Origin: Hormiphora californensis
Lineage: Eukaryota; Animalia; Ctenophora
Length of the DNA: 64,000 bases
Direction of reading: 5' to 3'
Assembly (NCBI GenBank): GCA_020137815.1
Contig: CM035361.1
Span: 1,550,001-1,614,000 of the forward strand
The notes under the pieces were generated by a model that did not search any database, was not told where the DNA came from, and worked only from the letters and a program-made list of their open reading frames with translations. How positions within the stretch are numbered: position 1 is the stretch's first letter; each line of letters opens with the position of its first letter. Position numbers and translations under genes: made by a program. Below are positions 47,494 through 64,000 of the stretch, one piece after another.

Positions 47494-49973
47494 TAGAAAG
47501 GTACCTGATAGGTAGATAAGTTGAGCAGATTGTCTGGGTAAGTTACAGGCTTGTTCCGCCAAACAGCATAATAACTCTGATGCAGTTGGTTTGTACAGGT
47601 ACTGGGAGTGGATAGAATAATTAGACGGATTTGAAGTTGAAATGGGATGCCGGATGAATGAAAATAAAATCCCCCTATAAGCAACATATTGCCTAGCTTG
47701 TCTACTTCTTGCCTAGCCTCTCCCCAGCCTTCCCTCCCAAGGAAATTACATACCTGTTTCATGGGATTGCATACAGATGGTAGTGCCTTGGGGTTCCTCT
47801 CCAGGATAGTCCCAACTCGAAACATGTCAATCGATAACTCTGTGATCTTCGGTTGTCCTAGGAATCATAATAGAACTTTTATCGAGCTGTTTTATGTAGC
47901 AGTTGATACTTGATAGTTGATATGAAGTGTAACACAATTCGAACAAACTCCAGCAGAATTGAAATTGTGACATTATAACCCTATCAGTACTTACCGACTT
48001 TAGTGCCTGCTATGATTGCAGAGTGTAGTTTGAGAGGGTTGGGAGAGAGTGTCACATCTGGAAGGACTCTGTTCTCTGGGAGGAGTCGATGAGAGAGATA
48101 CACTGTAGATGTATCCATCTGTTGAGGGGGGGGGGTGTTAAAATGGGGGTCCCAGTCGCAAAAGGGGTACATGATAGACGGTGTTAACTGTGTTAACTTG
48201 TCTCACTGCACTCCCCGAACTGGTCAGGACAAATACATTTCTCTCAGCATTCACATTTGATAAAGTTTTACTCCCAAAAAAGGAAGTAAGAACAGCTGTT
48301 CCCCATTCCTTACCCGTGTAACTGAGATGTGGTTGAGTGCAGCTCTGAAGTGGGTAACCTCGCTAACTATCCCCTTCCATTCGTTCACCTCAGCAACAGA
48401 TCTGGTCTCAGCCAGTTCCTCAATTAGTACCGACATCTCCTGAGGGGTGGGGGTTAGCTGGTGAGAAGTTTTGCTTTCGCCCCTGATAATATAAACTTTG
48501 ACTCAAAACACATATTACACGAGGGATGGGGTGGGATCAGGGATTGTCATATCACACTTTCTAGATTCATCACTGAAAAACACCTCAAAGCGCGAGTAAC
48601 TATTACCGTTTTGAGTTCCAATACCAGGTCCATCTTGTTCACCATGAAGGCCACCACCAGGAACCGTGTGTAGTAACGGAGTTTCTTTAGCAGGATCCTA
48701 GAATATAAATAGTGATCAGTCATAATATAAGGCTATAAGAAAACTAGTAATAGGCAATCATTCAGCCATAAAAACACCAATAACATCACCCCAGTGTGAG
48801 CTACAAAATTCCATTCAACCGTACCCCCCCCCTTCACTCACGTATCATCAGTATATTTGTTATAGTAGTTGCGTTGTCTCATGGCCAGGTAGAAGATCAG
48901 TGCCTCGTGAAGATAGCACGTGTCTGATGTTCTCAAACTGTAAATAGGTATAAATATAAGTTGTTCCTCAAACTGGTATAACAAGATAAGGTGCTGTATT
49001 GGCAACTGACAAAACAAGCTGAGGGTTGTCTCATATAAGACCCTCCTCTTCGCACCGGGCCTTTGGCCCGGTGCGGCTACGTGAGGCCGCGTAGCCGCCT
49101 CACGTAGCGAGAAGGTGTGCAGTCAGTGTGTGACAAGCTGAGGGTTGTTAGTCAGAAGAGATATGATATGATATTGAATTGGTGAAGCTGAGGGGCTACT
49201 CCATTAACACGGGGGAGGTCCAGTATTGGCAACTGACAAACTAAACTGCTACATGGTGACAATAAAACTTACTAATAGTGATAATATAGCTGCCCAATTT
49301 TTGATGCTATCTCTCCAATTTGCCACCTTTGGAGCCCATACTTGATATCCAGTAGACTTCTGTGGTCCTGGAGAAAATGAGAATTAGTAACTGATAAGTA
49401 ACAGAGACGTAGGTACCAGACATCTGGGGACGATGACTTCAGTATTTTATGATGACTCTCAATAACAAATGAGATATGACGAGCAATTTTTAATAGCTCT
49501 CCTGCAGACTTCTGGATATAAGAGCACTCTCGGCAAGATTCCTAGTTTTGACTCTTGATAACGGTATGAATGATTATTGAGCTGCTCAATGATAAATTTA
49601 TACAGTTATATTGAGAGTCATATCGTGATTCTGGATTCATCTGTTCTAATATCTTTGCCATGCTACGCGCTTTGAGAGCTGACAGACGGGGAGCATGTCA
49701 ATAATATCTGTTCTAATATCTGTACCTGTTGGAACTTCCATAGCTTGGAGAAACAGTCGAATGTCCTCGAGAAATGGATCTGCCAGTTGAACTGTCCATG
49801 CTGGGGCAGGTGCCTGGGAGGGGATTTAGTTATTGAAATGGAGTTATTGAGTCAACTCAGGGATCTATGTATTGGATAAATATCGCCGCTTCGCCAACAT
49901 TTGCATGTATATATGACATTGGTAGTGGTCGGTAATCTACACTTGATTGAGCATACTATTTATATTGTGAAAG

Positions 49974-50029
<56 letters not shown>

Positions 50030-50336
50030 CGAGAGAGAGAGAGAGAGAGCAGAGAGAGGGAGAGAGAGCATGACGAGAGAAGAGAGATGAGAGAGAGGAG
50101 AGGAGAGAATGATGACGAGGAGAGAGAGATGAGAGAGACCGGCAGAGGGAGAGAAAGAGGATGAGAGGAGAGAGAGAGATGAGAAGGAAGAGGAGAGAAG
50201 ATAGGAGGGAAGAAGAAGAAAGAACGATAGACAGAGAAAGCTAGGGGAGACGTGCACTAAGAGCCTGACACTCAGAAGGAGCAAGCGTGCGTGGCTATTA
50301 TTGTTTCACAAGCATCTCTCTCTCTCTCTCTCTCTG

Positions 50337-50425
<89 letters not shown>

Positions 50426-53400
50426 TCTCTTTCTCTGGTTCTCTCCCCTACATTAGTTCAACAATCAACAAAGTACAGACAAACAAACACCATCCCTCTC
50501 AGCTACACTGATCTCGCTATAATACACGACACGTTCTGCCCCGAAATCTTAATCTGAGTGATATGAATCTCCCAAGTCCTAATCCATTTCGTATTCTATG
50601 TACAACCTTATATAATCTCAGAATCGGTAGCATCATTTCCCACTATCAGCCCCCACTCCCCAGTCAAAACCCGTCAAACCAGTTGCACAGGCGGTGCTTA
50701 TCTCAGTTCTTATCTCAGATTATTATAAAACTCGGCTGGATTTGACTTTTCATTGTCTACATAATATGCTTCACTTAATCCATGCACGTGCATACAATTT
50801 ATTGTGCAACAGTAATTAACTTCAGGTGGGGAATGGCGACAACTGATAGCAGTAGTACCACCGATACGTAACCCGAAAGATAACATCGAAATAGAAGTGT
50901 TAGTGGCATGAGGTGGTAGTGGTATTTCCCAGCTGACATGGTGTCAAACAGCAGAAATGCAGTACTGTACTGCTGTAGTACGGTATTGTTTGTATGAAAT
51001 TGGACTCAACTCGGGTTTCTAGAGATTTCTAAAAGTTCAAAATTGCGTCATAAAACAACAGCTAGTCTGAAAGGGAAGTGGCAGTTCTGGTGCCCTCTAA
51101 ACCAGAGGGGGACCCTGTACCATTATACCAAGTTCTACCTCGTAACTAGTTTGATAACTGCAAAGACCACAATATCATAGAAATTGTGGTAGTAACACTT
51201 CGACTACCTCTATAAGTTTTACAAAACCATGCTCAAATCGCGATTTGGAGAATGACAATCAAATATAACTCTAACTTTGAACGATATTATCCCCAATTGT
51301 CATACTGCATGACTGTAACATGAATTCGGTCCGGTCCGGTTCGAACACAGTATTTTGTGAGGCAAATTCCCAATCCTTATAGTTTCGTCCCTTACCACTA
51401 ACACCAGTCCCCACAACTGTGATCTTCCCCAAGTCCTAACACCAGCCCTCACAATTGTGATATTCCCTAATTCCTAACACACGCCCCCCACATATCAAGG
51501 TGTACCATGGCAGCCGGCCCCTCTGCAGTAACCCCGGCGGGACGAAAAGAGTGTGATATAGTGATCGACTGCCACCAGTGTATCCACTGCTTCTCGTTCT
51601 TCATCAAGAACCAGAGCCAGGAGTTCGAGTACCATAAGCACACATGTTGCAACTTTATCAGTTGCCCACCGGGTATGTAGCCTTGTGGCGGGGTTTACGT
51701 CCCGGCTGTTTCACTAAATTTTGCGTGGGAGCTGGTATGGGAGGTGAACCCTTGAAAGATCCATACTTCGGGAAAGTATAAGACCCACCCCCTCCCCACT
51801 TCAGGCAAGTATTACAAATACCTACCCCCGCTATTCAGGAAAGTATATAAGACCCACCCCACCCCACTTCAGGCAAGTATTACAAATACCTACCCCCACT
51901 ACTCAGGAAAGTACAAGACTCAGTTTGGGACGTGTACCCAGTGCCCCACACACATTGAGGGATGTTATACAAGCACTGCCGTCAACTCGACCACCTACAA
52001 CACAACCATCGCAAGTACTAGTGCGTGTAGTAGGGGCCATAGCAACCATTAGTGCGTGTAGTAGGGGCCATAGAAACCAGACTCTTATTAGAGCAAGTAC
52101 TATTAGTGCGTGTGTGGGGAAGGGGCGGATTTTAACTGGAGTTGGGCAGTGATTGGTACTCCATAGTTTGTGGGAACCTGGGGCCAGTCCATTCCACGAT
52201 TGCAGAGTTATACTAAACCCTTGCTAGGCCAATACTCTAACAGCTAAATCACCCCTGTTTCGCTGTTTCAGGTCACTTTGGTGTCAGTATGGTGTTCATC
52301 TGGGTACTGGTTAGCGTGTTTGCACTCATTCTCGCTGCCATTATATTCATCTTCCTGCTATACGAGAAGTAAGTTGGAACCCCTAATTTTAGAGTGACCA
52401 ATTAGTTAGGGAGTATTGGTGAAAATCTTGGACAAAATTTGTAACAAGCTAATTTCTTCACCAACTGGCTCAGATGGGTGTCTAGTAATGCCAAAAAAAA
52501 TCAATGATGATCGGGAGCGCGCACGCTCCGTAGCGCGCGAAAATGCTTCACGTGCATTTCTAGATTAGAACAAAAATGAAAACCAACTTAGGAAAGGAGT
52601 AGAGACAAATCTGAGGGCACTAAAATGTGTAGCGTCCTCGCATTAGTGGGGGTAGGTGCCGGAATTAAGTCTCTATCTCATCTGGTTAATTAGATAATTG
52701 GATAATTAGGTTTGCGCATAACCGTTTTTTGGCTATACGGCTATAGCCACTTAGGAATGGTTTAGAGACTTTTCACTGGTGCCATTTTGTTCAGAACAAA
52801 ATTTTAATCTAAGAGTTGTGGAAAAATTTAGGGCCTATCTCTTACCGTTTAGGCGTAATTTGCGGTGAAAGGAAGCCAATTAACTCATTTTTTTCGCATT
52901 TTCGACTAATTTGGCATCCCTTCAGCGCAAATTACGCCTAAACGGTAAGAGATAGGCCCTAAATTTTTCCACAACTCTTAGATTAAAATTTTGTTCTGAA
53001 CAAAATGGCACCAGTGAAAAGTCTCTAAACCATTCCTAAGTGGCTATAGCCGTATAGCCAAAAAACAGTTATGCACAAACCTAATTATCCAATTATCTGA
53101 TTAACCAGATGAGATAGAGACTTAATTCCGGCACCTACCCCCACTAATGCGAGGACGCCACACATTTTAGTGCCCTCAGATTTGTCTCTACTCCTTTCCT
53201 AAGTTGGTTTTCATTTTTTGTTCTAAGCTAGAAATGCACGTGAAACATTTTCGCGCGCTACGGAGCGTGCGCGCTCCTGATCATCATTGATTTTTTTTTG
53301 GCATTACTAGACACCCATCTGAGCCGGTTGGTGAAGAAATTAGCTTGTTACAAATTTTGTCCAAGATTTGGCCCTTTCATCATTAGTACTGCCTAACTAA

Positions 53401-54801
53401 ATGCAAAATCCATACACTTCAAGATCTATAGAGTTAAAGAGAGAGGCGATGAGGGATAAGCAGAGGAACTATAAAATAAATAAACTCAGCAGTTTCTCGT
53501 TCTTTCTACCTTTTCCTGCATCATGTTCTTGAGATTCTGTAACCTAACTCTACCTTATCGTTCTGTTTACTCTCATGTCAGCATGCCTGACTAGACCACC
53601 ACCCAACTAGAGGCCATATGTTTGTTTTTTGTAGGTTCAAAACAATGCTCATCCCCACCACATAAGTAACCTGTTCAGAAAGGCTATATATTTGCAGGGT
53701 TGGCAAGAAGTCCAAGACAAGTCCAATACACCATGCTGGGGCTATTAGGGCCGGGGACACCGCGCCTAACTCGGACAGAGAAGCAAGAATAAACGTGGAA
53801 CCTTTCAGAACACCTACTAAAAACGACGGTACCATTTCTATCTTTTTATTCGTTTTGCTCTCAGTTTATTACTCAAATTTGAACCCGGCCCCTCTTCTGT
53901 TTTCACTATTACTCATTCTGAGAATTCTGAGAACTCATAATCGGGCTGGTATACAAACTATTCCCACTAACCCACTAACCCCTATCCCCCTAACCCCACC
54001 CACTAACCCCAGTAACCCCATATTTTTTGTAGGGGGAGCTGTGTGTGAGCACGTAGTGGTAACAACTGGATCACATGGACGGAAAAGAGAGACATCCCGA
54101 AATGACCAATTTGTTGTGACCAATACCAGTACAACCAACCCTTCCAGTAGTACCTCTGCAGCTCCACCCCCTCCACCACCCAACACTGCTACCCACACTA
54201 CCTCCCATTCTAGCAAACCGGCTAAAGACTTCGATGAATAATACGCTAAAGTTGAACTCCCAGTCGATAGAACATGATAATAATAGTATGTGTGACACTG
54301 CCAAAGACAAATATGAGTGATCAGATCAAGTTGTAAATAAGGTATCTAGAATCCAGGAACCGACTGAAACAAGTAAACAACCAATCATAACTCGTTATTT
54401 AGGTCACGTGACTGGTTATCAGCCAATCAGGGACCAGTATTTCCTGATCCGGTCGATTCCTGGTATCTAGAATCTCGAAGACCCTTACCGTAGCTGTTGA
54501 AAAAGTTGTTTGCTCTTTTCCTGGAGGTACATAAAGTCGTTTATCAGTTTCCTCTCGTCCGGTGAGAGGTGTTGTGTTGCAATCTGCTCGTATGTTAAAT
54601 TTCCCTGCTGTGTGTTGTTCATTTTAGCGAATAGCGACAAATACATATTTTGTTACAAACAAAAACTTTTTATCACTGTCCAGTGCCGTTGAGAAGTAGC
54701 AGTTTTACAAATTGAAGACTCACTGGCATAAGAAGTTTGTGAATAAGCTGATCGTCCTTCATGTAGGAGTCTGGGTGGCCGTGGTCCTCAATCGTTTGCA
54801 T
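44043..54801 (-). CDS. SCAI: Protein SCAI (suppressor of cancer cell invasion) homolog. Exons include 54724-54801, 54489-54607, ~49726-49813, ~49273-49368, ~48841-48937, ~48607-48697, ~48315-48440, ~47994-48119, ~47774-47858, ~47506-47640, ~47297-47403, ~46575-46656, ~46309-46390, ~44917-45030, ~44695-44760, ~44304-44405, 44043-44171
   Basis: DERKLINDFMYLQEKSKQLFQQLR-HLPQHGQFNWQIHFSRTFDCFSKLWKFQQ-DHRSLLDIKYGLQRWQIGEIASKIGQLYYHY-LRTSDTCYLHEALIFY...KKLRYYTRFLVV...ELSIDMFR...YLYKPT...LIYLS...VIVLLSP...GSLMSLFLHCPMMAF...DDPFIRLIVLRF match the SCAI family as I recall it. Confidence 0.9.
45078..46222. mobile_element. 1.14-kb Tc1/mariner-type MITE with TA TSD in a SCAI intron
   Basis: TA|CCGCGCGGCC...GGCCGCGCGG|TA; ~100-bp subterminal inverted repeats, with a short deletion in the right TIR. 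Confidence 0.82.
51500..54241 (+). CDS. Putative single-pass membrane protein (Cys-rich N part, TM, Thr/Pro-rich tail) nested antisense in SCAI intron 2; exons ~51500-51671, ~52272-52368, ~53698-53828, ~54033-54241; start uncertain
   Basis: In-phase AG/GT-bounded exons: MAAGPSAVTPAGRKECDIVIDCHQCIHCFSFF...HTCCNFISCPP-GHFGVSMVFIWVLVSVFALILAAIIFIFLLYEK-VGKKSK...RTPTKND-GGAVCEHVVV...PPPPPP...DFDE*; CTAAC branch motifs before acceptors. Confidence 0.65.
52403..53399. mobile_element. 1-kb foldback element with TAGTTAGG termini and TSD AAT (Academ-like)
   Basis: AAT|TAGTTAGG...CCTAACTA|AAT; ~460-bp near-perfect inverted arms. Confidence 0.88.
54354..54462. mobile_element. CAG-terminal MITE copy
   Basis: Same family as 10448; flanked by a 12-bp direct repeat GTATCTAGAATC. 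Confidence 0.88.
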
Positions 54802-55119
54802 CTTAACTACATTCAATAGAGGGAGGCCAATCACAGTATTAACAAGTGGAAAACTGGAAATATCAAACTATACCAAGCAATAAAACGACAAGACAAGCAC
54901 ACCGACAGAAACAAAATATCAGCTGTTGGCTCCAGTATCAAAACAACACGTTAGCGGAGGGTGACTTAAACACTAATTCTCAAAATGACATCAGCTTTAT
55001 AAGCGTTGTTCCTTATCTCTGACAATGCAATGTTATGAAATTTTCTTAGATAAGTTTTTTCAACTGACCAGCGTGATTTTGCTGATCGGTCACCTTATTC
55101 CCTCAAAAAATACTGAAGC

Positions 55120-55300
55120 GGTACTTCCACTTCCCGTATCTATGGTTGTAAACGTGAAGCGTGGCACGGGTAGAAAATTAAAAAGCAGAAAGTGAAGTTC
55201 CGGTTCCCAGTTTCAGACAAAAAATCAAGCTTGATTTCATGAAAAAAAACTCGCGCGCGCGACTCTTTCGATGACAGCGCGCGCCAGCTCTCTGCAGCTA
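55120..55300 (-). promoter_or_regulatory. CpG-enriched putative SCAI promoter
   Basis: GCGCGC clusters and TTCCGG/ACTTCC (ETS-like) motifs 300-500 bp upstream of ATG 54801; inference. Confidence 0.3.
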
Positions 55301-55783
55301 ACTCAGCCAATTCTACCCCATTGCGTTATCCGTTCTTCTCTCCACGACATTCCACCCCGATTCCACCCAACAAATTGAAACGTCACATTTCATCTTCATC
55401 ACAAATTCAGTAGATCTTGTGTGTGCGTAAAAGAGGAGGAGAAGGACACTGTAAATATATACCGGGTGTAATGTGAATAAAAACAAAAAACTCTCTCTCT
55501 CTCTCTCTCTCATACACAATCAATAGTTGCAGGTGCGTGACACTAATACATTACCCAATAATATCAAGTTGTAATTAACACACACTGTCACCACTACAAA
55601 AACACCGTGTCTCACTCTCTCTTTCTCAGATCAGGGAGGGGGGACAAAATTAACACACAAAACTCTCGCACTATATCATACAATGAGCAAATAAAGCTAA
55701 AAGGACAGGTTGGGATAGAAGGGACTATTTAGACCCCAAATAACTGTCCTCAAAAGCTTGTAACCCTAACACAATCAGAAGAC

Positions 55784-55846
<63 letters not shown>

Positions 55847-56863
55847 TCTCTCCCTCTCTCTCATTCACATATCATATTTACATCTAAGAGCTAGGCAATA
55901 GGACTGAATGGGGAGAACTTAGAACATATTATTAACAGAGGGGGCACAATGAGAGATATAATGTGTGATCACACAATTCACACACACAGATGTGTTCGAG
56001 CAACGACAAAAATCTTCAAAAAATGCACAAAAAGTTCGCTGCTCCTTTATATTATATCAGGCAAACATATTGTGTGGATCTGTTTTCATTAAATTTACAC
56101 GCTCAAGGGTAATAATAGTACAATAATCTCTCTACGTTTTCAAGCTGGTATATCAGGGGAACATGTCGCCGTGTGTAACTGCTTTGGTTACTAATCAGTA
56201 ACCAAGGGGGTGGTTACTAATCAGCTACCAAGTTGCAGTTACTAGTCAGCCAGGAGACAAGACCACGGAATAAATATATATAGAGATGGGAACGGTATTA
56301 TTGAGAGTGGTCTCTTTCTACAGACATCTCTCACTCCTTTCTGAAACATTTTACAATCGTATATATTTCTCCTTTTTCGAGTATTTCAAAAAAGCGGGGG
56401 AAAACATAAAGCTAACAAATCGTTTTCACTTTTCATGTCTTACTCGCTCTCTCTGCAAAAAAAACAAACAAAACATAGTCCCTATAACAACGCAGCGAAT
56501 CATAACACACACACCCACATGTACCCAACACACGTGTGCAAGAGGTATCGGTGTGAGGTATTTGGAGAGTCGCCAAAATAAAGCTGGAGAGTCGCCAAAA
56601 TAAAGCTGGAGAGTCGCCAAAATAAAGCTTCTGATCAACAGAAGGAAACACGTGATCACTCTCTCAGTTTCACACTGGACATAGTATCTCCCTCCCTCTC
56701 TTTCTGTGTTTCACATTGGACACTATAGTTCTGTGTATCTGCATGGGATAGTAACATATTCCCAATATTTCTTATGACACAGTCCGTGAACAGAAGGGGG
56801 ATAATAATATTCTCTCTCTTTCTCCGGAGCTTGTTGTTGCTGTTGTGGTGTTGGGGTAGAGTG

Positions 56864-64000
<7,137 letters not shown>

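Noticed and set aside
50660-50790. Possible first SCAI exon
   Set aside because: Contains stops; the true N-terminal exons were found intact at 54489-54801

Overview
Eukaryotic, intron-rich animal genomic DNA; from memory, the ~108-bp CAGGAACCGACCG...CGGTCGGTTCCTG element and the (GA)n-rich introns resemble the ctenophore Pleurobrachia (not verified). I assembled exons by hand from GT/AG boundaries. Four conserved genes lie in tandem on the minus strand: a ZDHHC2/15/20-type palmitoyltransferase (7722-11480), calcineurin A (19876-42616), SCAI (44043-54801) and the 3' part of a MARK/Par-1 kinase with its KA1 domain (56864 to beyond 64000). A Cys-rich single-pass membrane protein gene appears to be nested antisense in SCAI intron 2. 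The rest holds a frameshifted CR1-group LINE, many non-autonomous foldback/MITE DNA transposons of several families (one nested in another, one inserted in a splice donor), minisatellites and (GA)n tracts. The most unusual object is at ~1950-4120: two tandem intronless paralogous ORFs (TM plus coiled-coil-like, unknown family). Their coding DNA has diverged, but each is followed by a nearly identical ~250-nt multi-stem module with a compensatory base-pair change and G-U-preserving changes, suggesting a conserved structured RNA. Some stretches (~6300-6680, ~33300-35250, ~40600-40900) look like low-quality consensus.
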